Assembly (NCBI GenBank): GCA_046757525.1
Contig: JBHHYI010000028.1
Location: 1 to 34,191, forward strand
Source of the DNA: a bacterium
Lineage (GTDB): Bacteria > Zhuqueibacterota > Zhuqueibacteria > Oceanimicrobiales > Oceanimicrobiaceae
DNA: 34,191 nucleotides
Direction of reading: 5' to 3'
Under the pieces are notes generated by a model. The model made no database searches, had not been told where the DNA came from, and saw only the letters and a list, made by a program, of their open reading frames with translations. Position 1 is the first letter of the stretch. Every line of letters begins with the position of its first letter. The position numbers and the translations under genes were made by a program. Below are positions 8,157 through 17,507 of this stretch, piece by piece.

Positions 8157-8763
8157 TGTTTCCGTGCTGGTTTGCCTCTAACTCGGTCAAGGCTTCCACA
8201 ATTACCCCGGAGATTTCCTGATTTTGTTCCGCCGTACCCATGATTTCCGCGATTTCTCTCGGTTTAGGCAGCTCGGAAAGGTCGTTTAAGCCAAAATAGA
8301 TCAAGAAATCAGTGGTGGTGCTGTAAAGGAGCGGCTTGCCCACCGAATCGGAACGGCCGCTAATGCACACCAGATTTCTTTCCAATAGATTCTTGATTAC
8401 GCCGCCGGAATTGACCCCGCGAATGGCGTCCACTTCCGATTTGGCAATGGGCTGCTTGAAAGTTATGATGGCCAGAGATTCCAAAGCAGCCTGACTGAGC
8501 CGCGGCTTTGCCCGGCCTTTGTAGAGCTTTTTGATCCAGGGTGCAAACTCTTTGTGCGAATTAAATTGAAAGCCGGCGGCGACCCTGGTTATGAAAAAAG
8601 CTCTGTTCGATTTAGAATAATCCGAATTCAGTTCTTCCACAATTTCGGAGATCCTCCTCTTGCTCAAGCCCTCGACGCACGCGGAAATTTTGTTCTCCGA
8701 AAGCGGGCTATCCGAAGCAAAAATCATGGCCTCAACGACCTGTTTTTGGTAATCATCGTTCAT
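8140..8763 (-). CDS. scpB: SMC-Scp complex subunit ScpB
   Basis: VEAMIFAS, LSQAALESLAIITFKQP, IRGVNS, FGLNDLSELP motifs. Confidence 0.95.
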   Translation of the reverse strand: MNDDYQKQVVEAMIFASDSPLSENKISACVEGLSKRRISEIVEELNSDYSKSNRAFFITRVAAGFQFNSHKEFAPWIKKLYKGRAKPRLSQAALESLAIITFKQPIAKSEVDAIRGVNSGGVIKNLLERNLVCISGRSDSVGKPLLYSTTTDFLIYFGLNDLSELPKPREIAEIMGTAEQNQEISGVIVEALTELEANQHGNNDKAE

Positions 8764-9479
8764 CAGATTTTACGGATCCAAATCTCCGCAAACGGCGAAC
8801 TTTGATTCAATTTAACCTGCTTGCTCCTGACCAGTTCAAGCAGAGAGATAAACGTAACGATCAAGAAAATCCGCTCACTAAACTGGGCGAGCATGTCGGT
8901 GAAAAGCGCTTTTTCGTGTTTCTCCAGGTAGTCCATGATGAAGGCCGACTGTTCTTCCACAGAGACCGGGATCTGCGCCACCGTGTACTGATTTCTGGGA
9001 GGCACCTTTTTCAACATTTCCACAAACACGGCCATTAAGTCGTACAAAGTGACTTCATGCACAGGATTCTCATCGGCAGCTTCCTGCGCTTCGGCAAATT
9101 CAAACTCAAATAGGCTCCTGGCGTAAAGGCCCCGCTGTTTCACTTCAATTTCGCCGAGGTTTTGCGCGACCTCTTTAAATCTCTGATATTCCAACAGCTT
9201 TCGCACCAATTCCTCGCGCGGATCTTCGGCTTCCTCGCCTTCCAATTCTGGCCGCGGCAACAACATCTGCACTTTGATGCGAATCAAGGTGGCCGCCATC
9301 AGAATAAAATCGCCTGCGTTTTCCAAATCCAACAATTCTATGACTTCCAGATACTCCATATACTGCTGTGTAATATCTGCTATCGGAATATCATAGATCT
9401 CCACTTCATTTTTCCGAATCAGAAAAAGAAGCAAATCTAACGGGCCGTCAAAATTTTCGATTTGTACACGATAAGGCAT
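8763..9479 (-). CDS. scpA: Segregation/condensation protein A (kleisin)
   Basis: FDGPLDLLLFLI, DPREELVRKLLEY, TFISLLEL. Start reassigned to ATG 9479 (MPYRVQIENF), matching the usual family N-terminus; stop overlaps the scpB start (TGATG). Confidence 0.95.
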   Translation of the reverse strand: MPYRVQIENFDGPLDLLLFLIRKNEVEIYDIPIADITQQYMEYLEVIELLDLENAGDFILMAATLIRIKVQMLLPRPELEGEEAEDPREELVRKLLEYQRFKEVAQNLGEIEVKQRGLYARSLFEFEFAEAQEAADENPVHEVTLYDLMAVFVEMLKKVPPRNQYTVAQIPVSVEEQSAFIMDYLEKHEKALFTDMLAQFSERIFLIVTFISLLELVRSKQVKLNQSSPFAEIWIRKI

Positions 9480-9513
9480 AAAAAAAGCCCTTAATTTATG
9501 ACTAAATAGGGCC
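9480..9513 (-). terminator. Intrinsic terminator-like hairpin with U7 tract immediately 5' of the scpA ATG
   Basis: Minus strand reads GGCCCT-ATTTA-GTCA-TAAAT-TA-AGGGC-TTTTTTT-ATG: two 5-bp stems with a 2-nt bulge, then 7 U. Confidence 0.6.
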
Positions 9514-9582
9514 TCGGTTTTTAATGGAACGATCCCAGGAAACAAGAGATGGTCTTATTTCATCAATTCTGTAAAATTCCAT
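9502..9582 (-). CDS. Putative 26-aa leader peptide MEFYRIDEIRPSLVSWDRSIKNRGPI
   Basis: ATG 9582 preceded by AGAGAGGGG; TAG stop at 9504-9502 lies inside the hairpin; located downstream of a good promoter. Confidence 0.45.
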   Translation of the reverse strand: MEFYRIDEIRPSLVSWDRSIKNRGPI

Positions 9583-9643
9583 AGCCACCCCTCTCTAAAA
9601 AGTGCGCCCTTTCAAAACATGCAAGAACTCAATAAATTTAGAA

Positions 9644-9672
9644 AATTTACGATAAAAAAATAAAATAGTCAA
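9644..9672 (-). promoter_or_regulatory. sigma70-type promoter for the scpA-rpsA-lapB gene run
   Basis: TTGACT (9672-9667), 17-nt spacer, TAAATT (9649-9644) in an AT-rich gap. Confidence 0.7.
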
Positions 9673-9696
9673 GCTCTTTTTAGCGACGCTAAGTCC

Positions 9697-9861
9697 TTAA
9701 AACGACTCTGCTTCCTCAATCAACATGATCGGGATGTCGTCCTTGATGTCATACTTCAAACGGCACTTGTGGCAGATCAGTTTTTGATTCTCCTTGTCGT
9801 ATTCCAGATCGCCCTTGCATTTGGGACATGCTAAAATATCGAGAAGTTCTTTGTCCAACAT
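9697..9861 (-). CDS. Trm112/YcaR (UPF0434) family small zinc-ribbon protein, 54 aa
   Basis: Manual translation [62 protein letters not shown]; shorter than any ORF in the supplied track. Confidence 0.92.
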   Translation of the reverse strand: MLDKELLDILACPKCKGDLEYDKENQKLICHKCRLKYDIKDDIPIMLIEEAESF

Positions 9862-9948
9862 GGTCTGTTCTCCTGTTTTAAGGTTTCCTTAAGCTGTCGC
9901 TCACCCAAAAAAATCAACCAAGGCTTTCCGCTGATTTTCAGTTAAAAC

Positions 9949-9984
9949 AGATTTCTCCCCGGCGGCTGCCAAGTCGAAATGACA
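9949..9984. repeat. TGTC-tagged REP-like element (single arm)
   Basis: AGATTTCTCCCC...GTCGAAATGACA with ATTTC/GAAAT stem; resembles intergenic AGATTTCTC...TCGAAATGACA repeats recalled from FCB genomes. Confidence 0.4.
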
Positions 9985-10017
9985 CTTCGTATGTAAACTA
10001 TTGAGCAGCCTGGCGCC

Positions 10018-10974
10018 TCACTCTTTAAAAACCCCCATTTTGCCATACTTTTCGATGCGGGCTTCGATGAGCTTTTCGGCGGGGATTTTTTCCAGCTCGT
10101 TCAATTCAGCGATGATGCTCTTTCTCAGGATTTCCGCCGCCGCATCATAGTCCCGATGCGCGCCACCCAGGGGCTCCTTGACGATTTTGTCGATTACATT
10201 TACCTCCAGAAGATCGGTGGCCACCAGCTTCATGGCCTCGGCCGCTTGTTTGGCCTTGGCACTGTCGCGCCACAGGATGGCCGCACACCCTTCCGGAGAA
10301 ATCACCGAATACCACGTATTTTCCATCATCAAGACCCGGTCGCCCACCCCAATGCCTAGCGCACCGCCCGAAGCGCCCTCACCGATGATTACGATGACGA
10401 TGGGCACGGGCAAATGGGACATTTCGAACAGGTTGCGGGCGATGGCTTCGGCCTGCCCCCGCTCTTCGGCGCCGATGCCTGGAAAAGCGCCGGGCGTGTC
10501 GATGAAACTGATCACCGGCCGGTGGAATTTGGCAGCCAGCTTCAAGATGCGCAGCGCCTTGCGGTAACCTTCCGGATGCGGCATGCCAAAGTTTCGGTAC
10601 AGCTTCTCTTTGGTAGAACGCCCCTTCTGATGGCCGATGATGGCGACTTTCTTGCCGTCGAAAACACCCACACCGCCCACGATGGCCGGATCATCTCCAA
10701 AGGCCCGATCGCCATGCAGTTCAAAAAAACTGCTGGTCAGCCGTTCGATGTAGTCCATGGTGTACGGCCGCTGCGGATGCCTGGCCAACTGTACCCGCTG
10801 CCACCGGGTCAATTTCGAATAAATGTCGGCACGCATTTTGGCCACCTTATCTTCCAACCGCGCAATTTCATCAGAAATTTCCACCTGCTCGCTCTGAGAA
10901 TAATCCTTCATCTCCTTGATTCGTCGCTCCAGTTCGATGACCGGTTTTTCGAAATCCAACACGAAATTGTTCAT
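10018..10974 (-). CDS. accA: Acetyl-CoA carboxylase carboxyltransferase alpha subunit
   Basis: [59 protein letters not shown]. Confidence 0.98.
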   Translation of the reverse strand: MNNFVLDFEKPVIELERRIKEMKDYSQSEQVEISDEIARLEDKVAKMRADIYSKLTRWQRVQLARHPQRPYTMDYIERLTSSFFELHGDRAFGDDPAIVGGVGVFDGKKVAIIGHQKGRSTKEKLYRNFGMPHPEGYRKALRILKLAAKFHRPVISFIDTPGAFPGIGAEERGQAEAIARNLFEMSHLPVPIVIVIIGEGASGGALGIGVGDRVLMMENTWYSVISPEGCAAILWRDSAKAKQAAEAMKLVATDLLEVNVIDKIVKEPLGGAHRDYDAAAEILRKSIIAELNELEKIPAEKLIEARIEKYGKMGVFKE

Positions 10975-10982
10975 GAGTTTTC

Positions 10983-13136
10983 TTACTTGTTAAATAGGCT
11001 CTTTAGTAGTATTTCAACATCCAACAAAGGCGAATAATTCTTCAAGTAGTACAGATTGTACTTCTCCTTGTCCTCCTGGCTGAGATTGCGACCGGCGTTG
11101 AGCTGCACCAGTCCAGTTAAGCCGGGCTTGAGGTCGACTGGCTTCGGAACTTCGCCGCCCTCGGCTTTGGTGAACTCGGTGATCTCGCTGCCTACCAGGG
11201 ACAAATCCCCCTTCAACACCGACCAAAGATAAGGAATCTTGTTGAGATGCTGAGACCCATTTCCGCTAAGCTCAAGCAAAACGATCTCTCCATTTTCACC
11301 GTCGCCCACCATTCTCCGGCTCAGTTTCGCTGGCGTAAACAGAAGCTTGAACAAGAAAATGGGCAGGGTCAGGACCAAAGCCAACAGGGCCACACTGAAA
11401 TCGAACAGACGCTTGAAATGCTTGTAGGTGCCTTTATGCAGCTTGTAATCAATTTCCAACAAGGGGAAATCGTCGATTCTGTCGATGGACGCTTTGCCGA
11501 TGATCACCTCGAGATTGCTGGGCACCAGTTTGAAGTTGACGTTCAGGTCGCCCGAACGTGAAATAATTCCCAGGATGCGGTCATAAGACAGACGCTGCGC
11601 CGAAAAAATGACCTCTTGAATCTTCTCTTCCTGAATGATGTCGTTCAACTGCTCTAAAGAACCCAGCACTTTCATGTCATGGTAAGCGGCCCCGGTGTCC
11701 CGGCCATTGACGCTCACCAGGCCAACGATCTTGTAGCCCCCGTCTTCTTGTTTGCTGATCTTCTCCAACAATTTCTCACCCGCTTCAAAATCGCCGACGA
11801 TCACGGCTTTTCTACTGAAAAACTGCTTGCCAAAAGATTTAGGAAAGTGAACAAGTCCCATCAGCGGTAGAATCTTGACCATCAGCCGCCAGGTGGGCAA
11901 GGTCAACAGACTCAGGAAGCCCGCTAAAAGAACCACGGCCCTGGAATAGGCATATTGATTGAAGAAATAGGTTAAGCTGGCATTCACCAAGAAGCCCAGC
12001 ACCACGGCAGCGCTGGCCATGAATGCGGATAGTTTGTTCCTGGCGTAACACCCAAACAGGGTGAGGCTGGCGATCCAGATTAGCGAATAAACAACGTCCA
12101 CGGGAATGAAAGACCCCAAATGGCTCAAGCTCCCAAATCGCCAATAAATCGCTGCCACCAATGCAAAAGAGATGAGAAGGAAATCTGTTAGCGGCACCAC
12201 GACACTGAGCAGAATCTCTTTTAAAAAGGTAAAACCTGCTCTAAACCAAATAGCTCCCAGGAGCACCCAATAGGGCAACAACAGATATTTGTGTTTGAAG
12301 TGCTTCTTGGCAAAGAGGGCCATGGCCTGGTAAAAAAGCCGCAGGCTGTCAAACTGACTGCGTTTGGAGCTTTCCCCCTTGAAATGAATGATTTTCGTGC
12401 CGGGGAAATAGCGCACTTTCCAACCGCTTTGACGAATCCGAAAGCACCAATCCAAGTCCTCACCGTACAGGAAAAAAGCTTCATCGAAACTGCCCACGAC
12501 CTGCAAAATTCGTCGCTGGATCATCATGAAGGATCCGGAAATCGCATCCACTTCGTACGATTGATCGGGATCAAGATAGGTCAGGTTGTAGCGACCAAAA
12601 ATGCGGCTGTTGGGGAAAAGGCGGCTCAATCCAATGATTTTAGCGAAGGCCACCCACGGCGTCGGGGAGCTGCGACGACAGGCCAATTGCAAAGTGCCGT
12701 CAGGATTGAGAATCTTGCAGCCCAACATGCCCGTATCCGGGTGCGCTTTAAAAAAGGCCATCATGCTGGCAAACGTGTCTTCCTGCACGATGGTGTCGGG
12801 ATTCAGCAGGGCGATGTATTGGCCCTGCGCGCGTGCAAGCCCCTGGTTAGACGCCCGGCCAAACCCGAGGTTTTCTGAATTCACCAGCAATTCGACTCCG
12901 GGAAAGCGTCGCTGAATGAGCGCCACACTGCCGTCGCGGGAAGCATTGTCTACCACGATGATCTCAGCGCGAATTCCCTTCAGTGCCCTTTGCACCGAGA
13001 TCAAGGTCTGTTCCAAAAACTCCTTCACATTGTAATTGACGATGATGACGGAAAGCTCTACCGCGCCCGCCTTCGTGGAGGCTCGTTCAACCCCGGCATC
13101 TTGCGCCGACTCTTTGGATTTTGGTTCAGTGATCAT
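10983..13136 (-). CDS. GT2 glycosyltransferase fused to TM bundle, CoA-binding-like domain and degenerate bacterial sugar-transferase (PGT) domain
   Basis: GT2 motifs [25 protein letters not shown]; several TM helices; KAVIVG...IQEVIF; C-terminal FKRLFD...[10 protein letters not shown]...KPGLTGLVQ. Confidence 0.85.
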   Translation of the reverse strand: MITEPKSKESAQDAGVERASTKAGAVELSVIIVNYNVKEFLEQTLISVQRALKGIRAEIIVVDNASRDGSVALIQRRFPGVELLVNSENLGFGRASNQGLARAQGQYIALLNPDTIVQEDTFASMMAFFKAHPDTGMLGCKILNPDGTLQLACRRSSPTPWVAFAKIIGLSRLFPNSRIFGRYNLTYLDPDQSYEVDAISGSFMMIQRRILQVVGSFDEAFFLYGEDLDWCFRIRQSGWKVRYFPGTKIIHFKGESSKRSQFDSLRLFYQAMALFAKKHFKHKYLLLPYWVLLGAIWFRAGFTFLKEILLSVVVPLTDFLLISFALVAAIYWRFGSLSHLGSFIPVDVVYSLIWIASLTLFGCYARNKLSAFMASAAVVLGFLVNASLTYFFNQYAYSRAVVLLAGFLSLLTLPTWRLMVKILPLMGLVHFPKSFGKQFFSRKAVIVGDFEAGEKLLEKISKQEDGGYKIVGLVSVNGRDTGAAYHDMKVLGSLEQLNDIIQEEKIQEVIFSAQRLSYDRILGIISRSGDLNVNFKLVPSNLEVIIGKASIDRIDDFPLLEIDYKLHKGTYKHFKRLFDFSVALLALVLTLPIFLFKLLFTPAKLSRRMVGDGENGEIVLLELSGNGSQHLNKIPYLWSVLKGDLSLVGSEITEFTKAEGGEVPKPVDLKPGLTGLVQLNAGRNLSQEDKEKYNLYYLKNYSPLLDVEILLKSLFNK

Positions 13137-13139
13137 GGC

Positions 13140-13862
13140 TTATTTTATGCGCCCCAACAGGTCTAAGATTCTCAGTTTCCATACCATGAGCGCTGCTTCA
13201 TGCATGACTTTGCGCGACAATTTTGAATTCCCTTTCACTCGGTCAACGAATATGATTGGAATTTCGCAGATTTTAAATTTCTTTTTCCAGACTTTGTAGT
13301 TCAGTTCGATTTGAAAGGAATAGCCATCGCTGGCGATATTCTCAAGATCGATTTGCTCCAAGACTTCCCGGCGGAAGCATTTGAAGCCACTGGTACAATC
13401 CCGTACCGGCAGACCGGTGACGACCCGGGTGTACCAATTGGCCCCCACACTCAGCATTAATCGCGACAAAGGCCAATTGATGACATTGACCCCCTTGACG
13501 TAACGAGAACCAATGACCAGGTCACACTCTTTTATTTTCTCCAAAAAATTCGGTATTTCCCGCGGATCGTGCGACAGGTCCGCATCCATTTCAAAAATAT
13601 AATCATAACCTTGCTCAATTGCAAACTTAAAACCTTCTACGTAAGCCGTGCCCAGGCCGCGCTTGCCTTCCCGCTGCAACAAATGAACGCGGGAATCGGT
13701 GCGACTGATTTTCTCGACCACCTCACCGGTTTTGTCCGGTGAATTGTCGTCCACTACCAAAATAGAAAGATTCGGAATATTTAAATCGATTATCTTTTGA
13801 ATAACCGTTGCAATATTTTCTGCCTCATTGTAAGTAGGGATGATGATCAAGTTTTTTTTCAT
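13140..13862 (-). CDS. Polyprenol-phosphate mannose synthase (Dpm1/Ppm1-like GT2)
   Basis: IIPTYNEAENI, VVDDNSPDKTG, GLGTAYVEGF, EMDADLSHDP, IGSRY, GYSFQIE, EIPIIFVDRVKGNSK. Confidence 0.88.
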   Translation of the reverse strand: MKKNLIIIPTYNEAENIATVIQKIIDLNIPNLSILVVDDNSPDKTGEVVEKISRTDSRVHLLQREGKRGLGTAYVEGFKFAIEQGYDYIFEMDADLSHDPREIPNFLEKIKECDLVIGSRYVKGVNVINWPLSRLMLSVGANWYTRVVTGLPVRDCTSGFKCFRREVLEQIDLENIASDGYSFQIELNYKVWKKKFKICEIPIIFVDRVKGNSKLSRKVMHEAALMVWKLRILDLLGRIK

Positions 13863-13868
13863 TGGGGC

Positions 13869-14786
13869 TTAAACGCGTTCTAACTGATTCTTTAATTGGG
13901 TTAACCCATCCTGAATCCCGCTCATCTCTAATTGCAAATCGCGAAAAGCTTTTTCCATGTTAAACCTTGAATTCAAAGGGCGTGGGGCTTTTTGCTGCAA
14001 ATCAACGGTTTTTATGGGACGAATTAGGTCGGCATTAAATCCGAAGATTTCCGCCACCTTCAACGCAAAATGATAGCGATCGATATATTCGGAACCTGCG
14101 ATATGGTAAAGGCCGCTTTTTTTCAGCTCAACAATTTTCAAGATGGCTTTGGCCAGATCATCCGCTAAGGTGGGATGCCCGAATTGATCATCGACAATGG
14201 TCAAGCGGTCGCCTTTGGCCAGCTTGTCGATCAACCACGTAGCGAAGTTTGGCCGAGTGTTTACACCGGTACCGTACAGAACCATCGTCCGGACAATGGT
14301 ATAGTCGATGCCATTAGACTTCACCGCATTTTCACTGGCCAACTTTGAACGGCCGTAAAATCCCAGAGGATTGGGCTTGGAGTCCTCGGAATACGGTCCG
14401 TTGGCTCCGTCAAACACATAATCCGTGGAAATGTGAATCAGATGCGAATTGACAATTCTGCTGGCGTAGGCCAGATTCTCCGCGCCGGTCACGTTCACTT
14501 TCCAACACAGGTCCTTTTCCTCTTCGCTGCCATCGACATCGGTGAAAGCCGCAGCGTTGATGATGAAATTCGGTTTAAAGGCTTTCACGATCGTCAACAG
14601 GACCGGGCGATGGGTTATGTCGCAGAACTGGTAGTGAAAGTTTGCTGTGGGTAATTCGGATGCACGCGCCAATCCGAGGCCCAAAACATCGTATTTGTGT
14701 GCAAACGCCTGAACGAGCTTCTGGCCTAGCAGCCCATTGCAGCCCGTGATCAGTACTTTCTGTTTTAATATCCTTAATTTTGGCAT
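13869..14786 (-). CDS. rfbD: dTDP-4-dehydrorhamnose reductase family
   Basis: LITGCNGLLG, INAAAFTDVD, HISTDYVFDG, YGRSKLASE, DDQFGHPT, APRP. Confidence 0.9.
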   Translation of the reverse strand: MPKLRILKQKVLITGCNGLLGQKLVQAFAHKYDVLGLGLARASELPTANFHYQFCDITHRPVLLTIVKAFKPNFIINAAAFTDVDGSEEEKDLCWKVNVTGAENLAYASRIVNSHLIHISTDYVFDGANGPYSEDSKPNPLGFYGRSKLASENAVKSNGIDYTIVRTMVLYGTGVNTRPNFATWLIDKLAKGDRLTIVDDQFGHPTLADDLAKAILKIVELKKSGLYHIAGSEYIDRYHFALKVAEIFGFNADLIRPIKTVDLQQKAPRPLNSRFNMEKAFRDLQLEMSGIQDGLTQLKNQLERV

Positions 14787-15697
14787 TGGAGTAACTTCCG
14801 TATCCTTGAGACTTGCGAGCTTCCCATAAATGTACAGTTTAGTCCGGCCACTCTATTGGCAAACTTCGTTGCCTGGTAAACATCTTTGGTTCTCAAATAT
14901 TCCACCAAATACCCTGCGGCAAAAGCATCGCCGCAACCGATGATGTCCACAACATGGGCGATGGGCAAGGCCTTTATTCTCTTGACGACAACCTTGTCGT
15001 TGTTTAGGTAGAACACATACCCCCCTTTTTCAGCCAGCGTGATCTGACAGACAGACGGCTGCATTTGCAAGATTCGCCGGCCAAAGTCGACCAGGACCTC
15101 CTTGGGCAGCTCTTTAGCGACGCCCGCCAAAGTCCGTGCTTCCATTTCGTTTATCTGCAAAACATCGGCCACGTCGATCCACTCTCGCCAATCAGCAGGG
15201 CGTTTGTAATAGCGTTTTCCTTCCGCGCTAATGCCCAGGGCGTGGGAATGAAAATCCAGGTAGATCAAAGCCCGCGAATCTTGCCGAAATCGCTTCAAAG
15301 CATTCAAGTCGACGTCCACGCCGGTAATGAGGTTGACTTCCACCGCGTCGGCATCCTGCAACATCTCCAACTGCTCATGTTGCAATACGGGCATGGGTGC
15401 GGTCGTCACTTCGTCTCTTTCTTGCGGGCCGGTGTACGTCAGCCTCACCTGCGTATTTTTTCTGGGCACGATTCGAATGCCGTCCAGGCGCACATTTGGG
15501 TACCTGGACAACTGCGACTCGATGGTTTCATAAAAATCCTCGCCCACAAAGCAAACCGGCCACACCTCGGCTTCGGGTTCGAGCAGATTAGCCAGATAAC
15601 TGACGGTAAAGAATATGCCACCAATGCTTTCCACCGACTGCATTTTCCAGGGCAAGATTTTGTCGCGAATAAATGTCCCAACCACTCCGACCTTCAT
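14774..15697 (-). CDS. PfkB/ribokinase family carbohydrate or nucleoside kinase
   Basis: Start reassigned to ATG 15697 (MKVGVVGTFIRD); QINEMEA and VVDIIGCGDAFAAG anion-hole motif. Confidence 0.85.
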   Translation of the reverse strand: MKVGVVGTFIRDKILPWKMQSVESIGGIFFTVSYLANLLEPEAEVWPVCFVGEDFYETIESQLSRYPNVRLDGIRIVPRKNTQVRLTYTGPQERDEVTTAPMPVLQHEQLEMLQDADAVEVNLITGVDVDLNALKRFRQDSRALIYLDFHSHALGISAEGKRYYKRPADWREWIDVADVLQINEMEARTLAGVAKELPKEVLVDFGRRILQMQPSVCQITLAEKGGYVFYLNNDKVVVKRIKALPIAHVVDIIGCGDAFAAGYLVEYLRTKDVYQATKFANRVAGLNCTFMGSSQVSRIRKLLQCQN

Positions 15698-15705
15698 GCC
15701 ACATC

Positions 15706-17019
15706 TCAACTGTAAGGATAAAAAATATAAAACAGCAATGAAAGCCCGCCCAGGACCCACAACCCAGAACTGATTTCGTGGCCTCTTCCTGCCACCAGCT
15801 TGAACAGCGGGTAGAGCACAAATCCAGCCGTAATGCCGATGCCGATATTATAGGTAAAACTCATCAAAATCACCACGGCAAAGGCTGGGAATAGTTCCGT
15901 GTAATCGTCGAGTTTGATTTTGGTCACAGACGTCAACATGAGGTAGCCGACCACGATCAGGGCCGGCCCGTAGGCCTGCGGCGGTATGGCCGTCAAGAAG
16001 GGCGCAAAAAACAGGGCTGCGAGAAAGAGACAGGCGACCACCAGGGCGGTAAAGCCTGTGCGTCCGCCTGTTTCAACCCCGGCCGCTGCTTCAATGTAAG
16101 CGCCGGCGGTGGTCGTTCCCACCAGGGCCGCAAAGGTGGTGGAAATGGCATCGGCCATCATCGGCTTTTCGATTTCAGGTAGGTGGCCGTGCTCATCCAA
16201 ATAGCCAGCCCGCGCCGAGACCCCGATGAGCGTTCCCATGGTATCCACAAAGGCCATGACGAACACCGTTAACACCACAGAAAAAAAGCCCCAATTGAGC
16301 GCGCCCCTGATGTCCAGCTTGAGCCAGATGGGCGCCAAACTGGGCGGCAGGCTCAACAAGTGTTCAGGCGGCGCCGCCACCTTGACGAGAAAAGAGAGAA
16401 TCGTGGTCGCCAGAATTCCCAGAAAAATGGCGCCCGGTACCCTCCTAACCATAAGCATGGCAATCAAAACAAAACCAACGATGGCCACCAGGACCGGCGC
16501 ACTGGTAAGGTCGCCAATTTTGACGGGCGCCTGAGGGGAACCGAGCACCACAATGCCCGTAACATTCAAACCGATGAAAGTCAAGAACAAGCCAATGCCC
16601 ACGGCAAAACTGTGGCGCAATCCTTCTGGCACAGAATCCACCAGCCACTGCCTTAGACGCAGCACAGTCAACAAAATGAACAACACCCCGCCGATGAAGA
16701 CGGCCCCTAAAGCCGCCTGCCAACTGTACCCCAGCAAGACGACCACGGTGTAGGCGATAAAAGCGTTCTCGCCCATATAAGGGGCGATGGCGAAAGGGCG
16801 TTTTGCATAAAGCCCCATAATCGACGTGCCGATCACTGCCGTTAGGATGGTGGCGACCATGGAAGCCGCAACCGGAATGCCCGCCGCTTCCAGGATTTTG
16901 GGATTGACCACGATGATGTAAGACATGGTCATGAACGTGGTTATTCCAGCGACCATTTCAGTGCGAAAAGAGGTCTGGTATTTGTCGAATTCGAAGTACG
17001 CTTCGATCTTTCTCAGCAT
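15706..17019 (-). CDS. NCS2 / AzgA-type purine (adenine/guanine/hypoxanthine) permease
   Basis: AGITTFMTMSYIIVVNP, APYMGENAF, FVDTMGT, YIEAAAGVETGGRTG; highly hydrophobic. Confidence 0.92.
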   Translation of the reverse strand: MLRKIEAYFEFDKYQTSFRTEMVAGITTFMTMSYIIVVNPKILEAAGIPVAASMVATILTAVIGTSIMGLYAKRPFAIAPYMGENAFIAYTVVVLLGYSWQAALGAVFIGGVLFILLTVLRLRQWLVDSVPEGLRHSFAVGIGLFLTFIGLNVTGIVVLGSPQAPVKIGDLTSAPVLVAIVGFVLIAMLMVRRVPGAIFLGILATTILSFLVKVAAPPEHLLSLPPSLAPIWLKLDIRGALNWGFFSVVLTVFVMAFVDTMGTLIGVSARAGYLDEHGHLPEIEKPMMADAISTTFAALVGTTTAGAYIEAAAGVETGGRTGFTALVVACLFLAALFFAPFLTAIPPQAYGPALIVVGYLMLTSVTKIKLDDYTELFPAFAVVILMSFTYNIGIGITAGFVLYPLFKLVAGRGHEISSGLWVLGGLSLLFYIFYPYS

Positions 17020-17032
17020 GACGCGCCCTGAC

Positions 17033-17506
17033 TTAGATTTTGCAGCCGTTCTTTTTGAATTCTCGCAGTTTGACCTTTAGCTTTTCATCCTCGAGGCCCA
17101 AAATCTGTGCCGCCAAAATGGCCGCGTTGGCAGCCCCTGCGGTTCCGATGGCCACGGCGGCCACGGGCACCCCTTTGGGCATTTGCACGATGGAATACAA
17201 CGCATCTTCGCCTTGCAAGCTGGAATTGGGCATGGGTACGCCGATCACGGGCAATGTGGTGTAGGCGGCCACGGCGCCGGGCAAATGGGCGGCCATGCCA
17301 GCAATGGCGATGATGACTTTGTAACCGTGGCGCTCGGCGTTCTCAGCAAAATTTGCCGTCTCCCTGGGTGTGCGGTGGGCAGAGAAGACAAACTCATCAA
17401 AGGGAATTCCAAAATGGTCAAAATACTTCTTGCATTCCACGGAAGCTGCCCTGTCCGACACACTGCCCATGACCACGGCCACTTTGGCTTGCTCTTCTCG
17501 TGTCAT
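17033..17506 (-). CDS. purE: N5-CAIR mutase
   Basis: VVMGSVSD, SAHRTP, AGMAAHLPG, PVIGVP, IVQMPKGVPVA. Confidence 0.96.
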   Translation of the reverse strand: MTREEQAKVAVVMGSVSDRAASVECKKYFDHFGIPFDEFVFSAHRTPRETANFAENAERHGYKVIIAIAGMAAHLPGAVAAYTTLPVIGVPMPNSSLQGEDALYSIVQMPKGVPVAAVAIGTAGAANAAILAAQILGLEDEKLKVKLREFKKNGCKI

Positions 17507-17507
17507 G

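Noticed and set aside
9480..9545. Extended scpA N-terminus (MFPGIVPLK...)
   Set aside because: Runs through the hairpin/U tract and the leader ORF; family similarity begins at ATG 9479
15698..15760. Extended pfkB N-terminus
   Set aside because: Overlaps the permease 3' end; the first PfkB strand starts at MKVGVVG
17020..17032. Purine riboswitch upstream of the NCS2 permease or purE
   Set aside because: Only 13 nt and 1 nt of intergenic space
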